From NCBI RefSeq assembly GCF_009914755.1, contig NC_060938.1: a stretch of DNA of 64,000 bases, one strand, 5' to 3'. This stretch comes from the human T2T-CHM13v2.0 reference genome, Homo sapiens. The translations under genes were made by a program, and so were the position numbers. Positions 30,470-43,777 of the stretch are shown here, in pieces; within the stretch, counting starts at the first letter, position 1; each line of letters begins with the position of its first letter. The notes beneath the pieces are model-generated. The model made no database searches. It was not told the origin of the DNA and worked only from the letters and a program-made list of their open reading frames with translations.

Positions 30470-31518
30470 CCCCAACTTTACTGAGATATAATTGACGAAT
30501 AATATCATATGTATTCAGGGAGTACAACATAACGTTTGATGTATATATACATTGTAAAATGATTACCACAATCAAGCTAATTAACATATCCATCACCTCA
30601 CATAGCTACCGTGTGTGTGTGTTTGTGTGTGTTAAGAATATTTCAGGTTCACTCTTAGCACATTTTAAGTATACAATACATTATCATTAACTATAGTCTC
30701 CATACTATATATTAGGTCTCCAGAATGTATTCATCTTATAACCTAAGTTTGTACTATTTGACCCACACCTCCCCATTTCCCCTATTTCCTGACCCCTGGT
30801 AACCACACTTCTACTCTCTGTTTCTATACATTCAACTTTTTTAGATTCAATATATAAGTGAGATCATGCAGTATTTGTATTTCTGTTTCTAGATTATTTT
30901 ACTCTGCATAATGTCCTCTAGGTTTATCCATGTTTTTGCAAATATCAGAATACCCTTCTTTGTCACAGGATGAATAATATTTCTACATATATGTGTGTTT
31001 ATACATGCATACATATCTCTCTCACACATTTTCTTTGTCCATTCATCTGCACGGACACTCAGGTTGATATAATGTCTTGGCTTTTGTGAATAATGCTGCA
31101 ATGAATGTAAGAGTGCAGATATCTATTCAAGGTACTGATTTCATATTTTTTGGATACATAATTGGTCCTCCATATCCATGGATTTTACATTTATGAATTC
31201 AACCAACTGTGGATCAAAAATATTTGAAAAAAATGTGTCTGTACTAAACATGTACAGTTTTTTTCTTGTCATTATTCCCTAAACAATACAGTGTAACAAC
31301 TATTTACTTAGCATTTACATTGTATTAGGAACTTAAGTATCTTAAAGATGATTTAAAGTATATGGAAAGATATGCTTAGGTTTTATGCAAATCTGATGTC
31401 ATTTCATGGGAGGGTCTTGAACATCTGAAGATTTTTGTGTCTGTGGGAGGTCCTGAAACCAACCCCTGTGGATACTGAAGGACAACTGTTACTCAAAAGA
31501 GGGATTGCTGGATCATAT
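30470..31518 (-). mobile_element. L1MA-type 3' region interrupted by MER2
   Basis: 'atgattaccacaatcaagctaattaacatatccatcacctca', 'ataagtgagatcatgcagtatttg'; resumes after MER2 with 'gggattgctggatcatat'. Confidence 0.85.
31159..31488. mobile_element. MER2 (TcMar-Tigger non-autonomous element)
   Basis: Degenerate TIRs TAATTGGTCCTCCATATCCA and TGGATACTGAAGGACAACTG; internal 'ttcttgtcattattccctaaacaatacag'. Confidence 0.85.
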
Positions 31519-31724
31519 AAAGTTATTTTCTTAATGCATTCATGTATGCACTAGTGTGTGTATGCCTCTGTACACCCATGCCTGTCACTCTATGACCTGT
31601 TGTCATATCTGTACATTCATGTAACAATCGCCATGTTTAAGAAATGTAGCATTGAGCCTATGTCTTAACTGATGTATCCTGTTTCAATCTATCTTGAAGT
31701 GGCCAATCACCCTATCCCCAAAGA

Positions 31725-31872
31725 TACTGCTACTCAAAGCATGGTCCCTGAACCATCTAGGAACTTATTACAAATGCAGAACCAGAGAACTCATGCCTGA
31801 TATACTGAATTGGAATCTGCATTTAACAGATTTCTTGGTGACTCATATACATGTTAAAGGTTGTGAACACTG
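31725..31872. mobile_element. MER5A-family element
   Basis: 'ctactcaaagcatggtcc...caaatgcaga...tactgaattggaatctgcatttaacagat'. Confidence 0.7.
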
Positions 31873-34800
31873 TTCTAAGAAATGTCTTCACTTCTTATTC
31901 CTTTGGCTTGCAGTGATTAATTGGGTAGAGGAGGCAGCATATCAGAATCATTATGAAGCTTAAAATAAAGTGTGCCTGGGTTTTAGACCCAAGATTAAAT
32001 CTGAAGCGAAACCAAATGTCTGTATTTTTTAATGATTCCAAAGGCAATCCTGATGTACCCAACACAGGGCAAGGGTATATATTGCAAGGAGTCACAGAAT
32101 CTTTTTATTCTTTTCTTTTAAACCTCCTGGCAACCTTCTCTTTTGCTGCCTGGTCAACAAAGATTATCTAATGTGGTTGATCAGCTTTTCACTGTCCCGT
32201 TCATTCTTATGACAATTTGCCCTAACTATGCACAAACTGAGAACTCTTTCTAAGGGTAAATAAATGTTCTCATTCATCCTCACAATTGATTTAAAATATT
32301 GTAACATTTTCTAAATATGTACAAACAGAAAGCTATCTCATAGTTCTTGTATGACCAGAAAGTTATTGAAATTTTACAAATCAAATGCAAACAATACCAT
32401 GTAAATGAAGAACATTAACGTGGCAGATGACATTTTCCTGAGAATAAAGCTCTACTTGCAACATAAATACAACACGATTGCTATGTTTTAGGTTCTTTAG
32501 AATTTGGCACATTTTACTGCTGTATGCCTTGTGATTTCTCAGTTCTGTTATTATTTGTCTCTGTTTGAACCCATGCAAAACCTTCATCCACACAGCTTAG
32601 ACTGTCATTCAGCCCTCTCTTTCTGCAAATAAATCTAATATATGTCTATAGTCAGCCCACTTTTCTTCTATGCAGATTTCATTAATGAAAGTAGTAATTC
32701 TTGTCAGTGTGATTGCAAGCACAAACTCAAAGATAACATTACATGGCAGTCCTTGGTTGGCAATTGAATGGTCAGTATTCAGTTGAAAGGTCATCAACCA
32801 GAAATATGGTTAGCCATTTTTTAGAAGAAAACAAATTAGAAAAAAGTATGGATAACAACTTTGGACACCGAAGAATATTTCTATAATATTTCCTGCTCAG
32901 TCTGTAGTGGAAGGCAGTAGAGAATAGAACTTACAAACATAGCCTTGGAGTGAGAAAGATCTGGAAACTATTTATGATAGTTCTACTTACTAGATGCATC
33001 TCTTGGAACAAGATTCTTCGCTTCTCTGTAACTTGGTTTCCTCGTGTGTATGATGGAGATGATTATTATCTATTTCATAGGCCAGGAATAGGTATGATAT
33101 GCAAGAAGCACCTGTGGCCCTATCTTAGCACATCATAAGGACTAAGTTATCAGGAGCTATTTTAACTATTATAATGATGTTATCATTGTTGCATCTTTAT
33201 TATAAATGTGAACATTAAGTTTTTATTAATTAAACCTGCCACATATTTCTTCCATTTGCTTCATTGTACTCTTAAGATGTTTATTCATTTTTCTCACTTC
33301 TTGCTTTAAGAACCTGGTTATTACAGAGGTGAAAAATCCCATCAAAATGCTAGAGAATTTGGCACAATTATTGCTTATATTTCTCCTATTGCTGCTCTTA
33401 CTGCTGTAGCTGCCTCCTGAACTGCTGCTGCTGCTACCATGGCTTCTAGATGCTTCTTTGACAATTTATTTATTTTCCAGTGGAACCCATCTGTGAGGAA
33501 GCCCTTCATAGCAGTAATATCCTGGGGCTGGGCACTACTACAATAATGATGCTTTCGTTAATCACCCCATGTAATTTTAGTTTTTGCTGATAAATACTAC
33601 AATAAATCGATTGAAACTGATGAAAATAGCTCAAAATTTAGAGACATACAGTATTTCATTTTACCATCAGCGTATTTCTATGTTTATGCAATAGGGATTG
33701 AAAAAGTTCAATCCCCATGCTCAAAAACACATACTTCCAGCTCTCTGAGATGATATGCCAGACAGGGCTTTTGATTAGAAGCCTTATTTTTTTGCCTAGT
33801 TCTAGCTTCTGTATGAGTGGAGACTTTATTAACAAAGGTAGGTTTGGAGCACTCAACAGAAGCGTAGAGAATATATGGAAAAAAAAAAGAAGAAGAAAAA
33901 AGATAAAAGGGAACCAAACAAAACAGGTTTACAACTGTTTTACTAATAAGAGGGAAAAGTCTGCTCATGAGTTAAACCAAGACTAAAGATAAAGAAAGAA
34001 AGAACATCCAAAACCTTCATGTGCTTTGTATTTGTACATTTCTGACATATGCATGAAGCATGAGGGAAATACAGTAATACACTGAGGTATGCTGCCAACA
34101 TCCTGACTATTCCTAGTCATTAGATAGCCTAGTGATGTTTTTCAGTTAGAGGGGTGCTGACCTTACTGTTTTCAGTAATTATAAGTCTATAATTACCTTT
34201 TATATTCTTTAAGTGTATTTTTGTAATTTCAGGTTAGGTATACAAGAGTGGAAACCGTGTTTGATCTGACGTTTTGGCTCTTGTATGAGGCAGCTTTAAA
34301 TAGCTGTCAGATTTGGTTTCATTTTAGTGAAGGGTTAAGTAATTTTAAGGGGTTAAAACCATGGGCAATAAATAACCATCCACAGTCATCGAAGGAAGTT
34401 GCTTCTTAGACAAGAGAATGAAGCTAGAGCTGCTAGGGACATTAGTCTGATAAAAAGTCACATCAGAGAAGGTTTACCTCCAAATGATTTTGGTGGCAAA
34501 GAAGCCTGTGCATCAACACCTGCCCTTGAGCACAGCAGTCCATAAAAATAAGGTAACACAAAGCAGCTCTCTTGAAAACAAAATCAGAGCCTATACTCTT
34601 AAGAAGTTCATAGCCGTCACAAAAGGGCCCTCGTGGCAGTAGAAGCTAAATGGCCAAGAATGCTGGAAATGGGGCTGCAAGTCATAAATGGAGAAAGTCT
34701 AAACTAAGAGGGTAAACAGCAGGTGACAGTAAATTGGAGCACTTGGCCAGGCAAGCCCTGCATCTGCCACAGTGAGATCAGTTACTGGAGAGTCATCCCA

Positions 34801-35189
34801 GGCCTATTTCACACTGCCGTCTGGGAATGTGGGACTCTAGGTTCTTAAGTGTTAACTATGGGCAAAAAAGAAACAAGAAGTATAAAGTCATTGAGAAGAT
34901 TGTCTGCAGTAGGGCAGGCATGGATGAAAATCGAACTCTACTTTGTCTGTGGGTGAATTATTTACCTTCTATCTGTCCTGGGATCTGTAAAACAGTTATA
35001 AGAATAGACAGGGTTAATTTGTGAAACTTAGATGAATATGAAGTATGAGTAAAGTACCAGACATTTAGAAATGCTCATCAACATCTTGAAAGAAGTTCTT
35101 TCATTGAGATAAAAAGGGTCTTTGTATCTCTTTCTGTAATTCTTCTGAAAACAGATGGTCAGGGTAGAGAGCTGGTGCAATAGCTCAAA

Positions 35190-35430
35190 TGGTAAATGAC
35201 AGACATAAGATTCAAAAGAAGCTCAATAGGAAGAATGATCCTAAGACAAAATGGATGAATTGCAATAGGGTTACATAAACCATTTCCTTAGGTTTAGAAA
35301 AGTCGTTATTCCATTTCTAGGTAGGAGAGATTCCACTGAAATAATGTTTCTGTGCTAAAAATGCAAAAGCCAATTTATAACTTTTAAAATTATAAATTGA
35401 ATAAGTGCAAAGAGTGTGATATGGCTGCTA
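35190..35430 (+). mobile_element. CR1/L3 LINE remnant
   Basis: 'gattcaaaagaagctcaatagg...ttgaataagtgcaaagagtgtgatatggctgct'; similar remnants at ~47450-47700 and ~63700-63950. Confidence 0.5.
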
Positions 35431-36049
35431 GATATTGGTAGAAAACCATCCTTCTCATTTGTGCCCTTATTAGATGTCATCAAGAGTCTTGTGTGCCTCC
35501 TGCTGCCACATTTAAAGAGGGGAGAGAGAGAGAGAAAGGGAGGGGAGAGAAGGATGAAAGAGAGAGAGAAAGACAGAAAGTGAGGCATGTCCAGTATGGT
35601 GAAATCAGCTGTAATCAATTCCAGCTCAACCACTATGAGTCCTTGGACAAGTTACCTCATTGACAAAATGAGGATGGAAGCTCCCTCCCTGGCTTGACCT
35701 AAGGATTGGATTACATAATGCAAGTAAACAACTCTGCACAGTACCTGGCTCATAACTGGGAGCTCTGATTATTCACAGGAAAGAGTGGTGAGAGACAGCT
35801 ATGAGATAAGGAGCTGCAGAAGCTCTCGGTGATCTGCCAATATAAGAGAAGCTTAAGGCAGGACATGACAACTGTCATCAATTATTTAGATACCTGTTAT
35901 GTAGAGAAGCAATTCTCATTAATCAGCCTAACTCTAAAGGAAAGAACCAGGACCAGTAGATAGAAGTTATGGGAAGAGATATTTTGGCTCCATAACAGAA
36001 GTAATGAAAGCAGTAGTGGTGTAGTAGTAGGAACTGAGAATGCAAATAG

Positions 36050-36250
36050 CTCTTGGAGTGTTCCAGTTCCTGTTCTAAGGACTCTGCATTCTTATTTGAT
36101 CCTCAGAACATCTATGTGAGGTAGGTATAATTATTATTATTTTCATTTTACAGATGAAGAAACTGAGGTACACAGTGAAGTAAATTTCCAAGAACATGTA
36201 AAATAGAAATGAATGACAGAGCTGGAATTTGAGCCCAGGCATTCTGTCTC
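36050..36250 (-). mobile_element. MIR (host of MER85)
   Basis: 'cattttacagatgaagaaactgagg...agagctggaatttgagcccaggc'. Confidence 0.85.
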
Positions 36251-36254
36251 TTAA

Positions 36255-36394
36255 CCCATTTATGCTGGAGGTTGTGATTTTTTAAATTGATGTATGACAG
36301 AAAAATCAGACCTTGGCAAATATCTTGAGCAGTAGGCTATAAATAACTCCCACATGCTTAGTGTTCCAATAATGGAACACTAGGCATAAGTGGC
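36255..36394. mobile_element. MER85 (piggyBac/PGBD3-derived MITE), full length 140 bp
   Basis: TTAA at 36251-36254 followed by TIR CCCATTTATGC; 'cttgagcagtagg..ataaataactcccacatgcttag'; palindrome GTTCCAATAATGGAAC; right TIR GCATAAGTGGC is degenerate. Confidence 0.92.
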
Positions 36395-37977
36395 TACACA
36401 CATTATCTCAACTGCCCCAAAAAGTAGCTCAAATACACAGGGAAAGGCTGAGTGACTGTACACCATGGTTGCTAGTAAGGGGATTCCTGCACTGAGTTAG
36501 GAATTGGCCTGGATAATCTCTACGGTCCCTCCCATGACATGTCTGTCATTTTATAAAACCAAAAAGCAAGCAAAAAACACATGGTGGCAAAAGCTAATAC
36601 AAAACCTAGAGTCAAACATTCATGAGGTTTTCTCAATGCAAAAGAAGCCTAAAATATTCACCTGTAATCTATTTATATCAACCTTATACTCAGTTATAAA
36701 AGGATGGCCATCTTATTGTCTTGTTCAAGGCAGAGCAGAAGAAATACATTTGAATCTGGGAGTGGTAGTAGAACTAATAGCAGCAAGGAGAGACTCATGA
36801 ATCTTTAGGAGAAAAAGGAGGTGTTAACGCACTGAACAAATATTAACTGAGTGCCTCTTCTGGGCTGAGATAAGAAAATCATTGTGAAACCAAATAAGAA
36901 CAAGCATTGCAGGCCCCAGATATTTAGAGACTCCAGTGACGTTTGGGCTTTTCCTGAACTTTAGTGTGCAATGTCATTTTAAAAAGTATTTTAGGGGAAA
37001 TGATAAATTATAGCCAGTTTCATAAAAGAGGTATACATTATATTTTTAAAAGACTTTATATGAACTGAATCATTTGACTTTAAGTTTGGGTGTAAAAAGG
37101 GTATACTTCAATTTCTCTCAGGCCAGCTTGCTCCCCAGTAAATGACAAATATGGGTCTCGCCGCACTAAGATATTTTAATATACTTCAGTGGGAAAGGCT
37201 CTGATCCAGAAATTTGCAGTTGTGCTATTGATAAAATTTAAGAGAAACTTTCTTCTGTGGGCCTCAGTTTTCACATCTATTAAATGTGCTGATTTAACTA
37301 AACTATCTTTATTTCCTTTAGGCTCAGACATTTCCTATTTCTTTTATTTCTATAACTGTACTTATTTTCATTATGTAGATACCAGATGGCAAAATGTCCT
37401 GGTAGTGTGTGCAGGACTCAAACTGATTCTGGGAAAATGGGGCACAAGTGAATTCTAAGGTATAAGGAGCTGAAGTGAGCAGAAGCCTCTAGAATCTATT
37501 TCTATTTCTGTCAGCTACAGAATGTAGGCCCAGTTTAATATTAGGAGACGTTGTCTAGCTTTTAATATTAGGTTTCAGAGTTGCCTAACAAAACCCATAG
37601 AGGTTGTTTCTTGCTTAGAGTAATTTAATGTTATAAGGATCAGGCAGGTGCAACATGGCATAAAAGTATTACTTGCCCCAATGCCACCTTTAATTTCTCT
37701 CAATCTTTCAAAGCATCAAAAGAAAAAAAAGTTCTCTCTTTGTCTATTGTTTATAAATATAATTTATTCTCTGTGCTTAGGTGATTTTCATAGATAAGAG
37801 GACATTCATTGTATTCAGTAAAACTTCTAGAGCAGTCCTTACACTAGTAACAAGTTTCCTGGGCAATACTGCTTTGTTATCAGACTTCACCATGTAGATC
37901 TCACATCCTTCTCTTTTCTGATCTTGCTCTTATCATTTCAAAGCTACATGTAGAGTGAGGATGCAGGTTTCATAGGG

Positions 37978-38276
37978 TTTTTGTTTTTATCTGAGACAGA
38001 GTCTTGCTTTGTCACCCAGGCTGGAATGCAGTAGTGTGAGCATGGCTCACTGTAGCCTCGACATTCTGGGCTCAAGTGATCTCCTGCCTCAGCCTCCCAA
38101 GTAGCTGGGACCACAGATACATGCCACCACCCCCAGCAATTTTTTTTTGTCTTTTTTGTAGAGATGGAGGTCTCACCATGTTGCCTAGGCTGGGCTTGAA
38201 CTCCTGGGCTCAAGCATTCCTCCCTCCTCAGCCTCCCAAAGTGTAGGATTACAGGCATGAGCCACCAGGCCCAGCC
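37978..38276 (-). mobile_element. AluJ
   Basis: Dimer with 'catggctcactgtagcctcgac...gggctcaag'. Confidence 0.92.
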
Positions 38277-38574
38277 CATGGTGTTTTCTGACAAAGCTAC
38301 TCCATTCATTTGCTGTTTGAAGTTGATTAGTGAACCACATTTTGATGTTCACTACCTTCATTTGCTTTTATATTCAACTGCATTCTTTAAGAATCTTCCC
38401 TCAGCAGTTAGAAGGCCAAAGATAATTTAAATGGGATTGAGGGATATTTCCCTCTCACATTAGTGCTGTAGAGCCACATAAGAAGGTATTCTATGGTAGA
38501 AATAGATTTAGAAAGGTCAAATTTGAAAAATAAAGTAAGTCCAGACCCGAGTGATAAGATGGATGGCTGTCTAG

Positions 38575-38925
<351 letters not shown>

Positions 38926-40329
38926 TAAAGATGTTTCAGCTTTTGATTTTTAAACAGAATGGTATGGAGAAGGGCTTTTGCTGGAGGTGCTTCAGTCAGT
39001 TAGCTTCAACTCTGAATGAACACCGAAGATGTCTTGGCTTTCCTAAAGACTCAGGCTACAGATTCTTGCTCATGGCCAGGGGTAAAATGCCCTTCATCCA
39101 ATTTAATGCTCTCCCATGTGTAGCAAACATATCAACTACTCTGGGTTGGCATATGGGGGTTTTAGTAAAACTGTGTAAAGAATTTGCCATAGAAATAGGA
39201 ATAGTCTTTCACTTTCCATTTTGTACTCTGGGTCTTCTCTGATTATATATCTCTTTTGGTTTTCCTTTCCAAGCTCCATCTTTATCCCAACCTATAGGGT
39301 ATACATCTGATCACTGCTTTGCTAACACGATAATACTTGAGACTAATTAACAATACCTTAGTGATACTGCATTCTCAAATAGGAAAATTTCAAATGACTA
39401 GAAGAAGACTAGTTGATGCCTAGGACCAGTACTAGAATGGTTAAGTTACTGGTTGGAAACTTCAGTGTGCTTGTTTCTGCAGGAGGAGAACTGCTTTAAT
39501 GTGAATTGCATTAGAAAGCTCCCCTCCACTTTTCCTTCCCCAGTGTTTGTCTACTGAATAGCAGGGTGAAAGCGTCTGTTGCTCTCATCGCCTCACAATC
39601 AGGCCAATTGGGCATAACTGCTTTCTGGTAGAATTCATCTCATAATAAATTGCATTCATGGAAGATGCCTAGTATGTGGTAAACATGGCATGGACAGGCC
39701 AATACTAGAGAAAGATAGAACACTGGCTCAGAGGAGACACAAACAAATTGCCTTTCTGCTGGCTCTGAAATATTCTTTTTCAGTGTAGTTAAATATAAAG
39801 TTGAAATGATGCTAACTACACCTTGATCCAAACAACCTCTTCATTGCTTGGCTTCTGATGGGAATGCTGTAGGTAGCCATTTGTTTTAATGATTGATTTC
39901 ACTAATACTGAGTCACAATTGCACTCCTCTTGAAGTTGACATAAGATCTCCATGCACAGAAAATGAATTCATTAGAATCAAAGTGATTGTATAAGAAACT
40001 CAAATTATCCAGGTGTTGAAATGCATGTCTACTTTCTTTTCAGACAATGGAATCATTTATAAAACATATAGTTATTTAAAACACAGACACACATACAGAG
40101 ACTATCATATGGGATTGTGAGAGATTGCTAATTAACACATACAAATTAAGACAAATATTCATTAAAACAAATATTAATTCCTCAAAGTTTAATTCTTAAC
40201 AAATATTAATTCTACAAAGAGCTAAAAGGCTCTATGTAGGTAGATAACGGCATTCAGATTTACCTTTTAATCTTTACAGTAATTGGTTTTAAGGGTTGGA
40301 GAAAGAAGTAAAGGAGGTAAAAGAATGTA

Positions 40330-41800
40330 CATAGACAATAATAATTATGAATAACATTTACTAAGCATCTACTATGTGTTAGGTACTTTGCTAACCAAGC
40401 TTAGCATTTCACATATATTATTTAAAATTCACATTAACTACCTGAATTACATTCAATTATTTTACTCTTCAGGGAGATTTGTATAAGTTGTGTAAGGTCT
40501 AAAACTGTTAACAGGAAAGCTGGGAGTTGAACTCAAGTTTCTCTAGTTCCTGAGCCAAGATCTTAGTTGCTAAGTTATTACCACATTCTCAGAGCCTCTG
40601 AAGCAATACCACTGAATTCAGGGCTTATGTTTATTCTAGCAGCATCTTTCTTTACAAAGGGGTATGTAAAAATAGTAGTCCTTCTAATTTCTCCTCCCTC
40701 CCCCCAATATTTCTGGGATTATGCAGGCGATACTTTGCTTTTGGAAAGAATGAAATATAGGCAATTGACAGAGGCAGGGTCCTGACTTTCTTTTTTAATT
40801 TTTTTTCCTTGATGATGAGCATAATCATGTGAATAATTAAGCTTCAAGAGCTAAATGACTGATTGGCAGCAAGCTGACTAACTGTTCTTTATTTATAAGG
40901 ATATAGCTTTCATGGGAAAATGTAGGGTGGTTGGTAAAACATCAGAAGTCTCCCTTGAGATTTCATAAATGCCATAGCTTAGGGGTTAAACTCACAGACA
41001 TTTAAGTCACATGTTCTTGAGTTCAAGTCCAAGTTGCTGGCCCTTTGGGACTTTTAACTCCCCTATGATCGATTGCTATAAATTAAAACTCAGTTAATAG
41101 AATATAATGTAAGTAGTTATATATCGGAACCAATGATAGTACCTACTTCTTAGGGTTGTCAAGAGCATCCAGAGAGCTAAGTTATACAAAGGACTAGCTC
41201 GATCACTGGCATGGGATAAATATTTGATAAATGTGGTTTGTAATATTTTATAAAAGTGACAAAAATTCTTATTTATGTACCTTTTTTACTATGAGGAGAA
41301 TCAGGTTGGATTCTTAGAAAACCTTCAGTGCCTCTGTCACAGCCTTGCAAAGACTACTTGGGATATGTTTATGTTGATAATTTCTCCCCTTTTATTTTTC
41401 TATCAGTCAGATTTATAATAAGAATCAGCTGTTCTTTCTAAAAGACTATTGTGCCTTTATATTACTTTCTTTAATTTTCAATAATCCTATGAATTAGCAA
41501 TTATTATCCTCATTTTTACAAATGAGGAAACTAGAGATCCGAAAAGTAAACAGCCTCCCAGCTAATAAACAGATGAGCTGCAATACCAACCGAGGTCTTC
41601 TGTCTCTCACAATCCAGTTCTAATATTAAAACAAAAGGCTTTGAGACCATATGACCCAAGGTGCAATCTGTTTTTCAGATCAGAAGATTGGGACTCTAAG
41701 ATAGAAACACGGTCTGTCCAGAGTCACATAGCAAGTTGGAGACAGAATGGACACTAGACCCTAGGCCTCTATTTCTGGTCTAGAGCTCTTTCATCATTTC
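40330..41800. mobile_element. Cluster of MIR remnants
   Basis: MIR motifs at ~40350-40580, 40970-41240, 41480-41600 ('catttttacaaatgaggaaact') and 41670-41790. Confidence 0.6.
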
Positions 41801-43444
41801 CAGGCTACTTGTTTGTTTGCAGCAATTTGTATGTTCTGTAGAGGAAGATTGAAAAGAGAAATGGATAGAAAGAGAGAGCAGAGATGAGGGGATGAGAGTC
41901 TGGAGAGAAGGGGAGAGAGAGAGAGAGAGAGAGAAATAGATTCATATATGAAGGTTAGATCAAGGGCCAGCATCCAAGGGTGGTCTAGGTAGAGTACTGG
42001 GAACCAATCTCAACCTGGCAGGAGAGGCATAATTAACCAGTGTCTACATCTGTGATATTATTTGTCCTTGCTCCAAAATGACAATAGTGATTACAGTAGA
42101 TGCAGCTGACAGTAGCAGATGACACAACCTCCTTTCACCTCCTGGCCAGCTGCAGCGCTACCATCACCAGCTATAGCAGCTTTCTCCCTGGAGATTCAGC
42201 TTTTTCTCCACTGATGGAAGGCTTTCCCTCCATCACTCCAATGTCAGAGCTTGGCCGATTTGGTTCCTCAGGAGACTGTAGAGAAATTCACTCCCATTGA
42301 AGCATTTTCTTGACATTTTGACATTCAATCAGAGAAAGGCAAAAGGCAGGCTAAGGGCCCAATCATCAGGTCCATGAAGATCAAGCTATGTTTTCTGAGT
42401 ACCTATTGATAGAATGTGCAGGAGATTATTACTGTTTGCCAAAGCTCTATTGATCTTGGCTTTGTGAAGCTCAAAGTCTGTTTACAGCCACCTATAAAAA
42501 CCAACAGCCACTTCTTTTACTGAAGGTTAACGTGCTGTGTTTATTTAATTGAATGGAAATGGCCTTGTGTTTTCCAAATGTCATTGTTAATAAATTTTCA
42601 AGGGAATCTGTGACTAGTGTGTAGGTGTTGAGGATGGGAGAAGGGACTGTCATGGGGAGGGACGGCTGTTGGAATTTGAAGTTGCTGGAAGCAAGAGATA
42701 AAAGACAAACACATAGATACGACATTGGAATAATTTCCCTGTATAGAAGTGCTATAAAATATCCTTACTCTATATTAGTGTTGTTTTTTAAACTTGTCAG
42801 TAAGAATTCTCCCCTGGGTGTTTTATTCTTTAGCCTGCGTCTGTTTTTGTTTGTTCTTTTGGGTTTCCAAAAAATATATATTTTAAAGTGACATTGAGCA
42901 TTTTAGTATAATTGTGAGTTTTGGGGTTGAATATTTTTCACTATTATTTGATCAGTTTTTTCCTTCTGTAAGAGATTTAACAGAAATGGCTAAAATTAGG
43001 AGCCATATTAGATAGAGGAAGATATTGGCAATCCTATTGACCTGCTTTTTAAGAGGCGTGTTTCAACTAACAGGAGGAGAGATGCAAAGAGCTTTCACCA
43101 AAGCAATCAGAAGACCTGTAAACAGCCTCAGGGAACTGTAAAAGTCTGTGGGGGTCTCTAGTGTACCAGATGAAAAGCAGAAACTTTAGGTAGCCGTCTG
43201 AATGTGTCAAATGGGAATATCAGAATAACTCACTAAATTTCCTTTTTCAACTTTCCTCGCAAGGTTTGTCTTTTTATGTGGTAAATGTTGGTGAGTTCCA
43301 TTTTTAAGTTTTACTCTTCCCATTCTACTTCAGTCTCCTTAGCAAACACACACACAAACACACACACACACAAACACACACAACACACACAAAATTGTTC
43401 TTCTTGAAAGATACATGTAAATGAATGGTGAGTAAAAAATTAAA

Positions 43445-43777
<333 letters not shown>

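Noticed and set aside
40151-40219. Short imperfect repeats of ACAAATATTAATTC
   Set aside because: Low-complexity AT-rich local slippage; no spacer structure, not CRISPR-like
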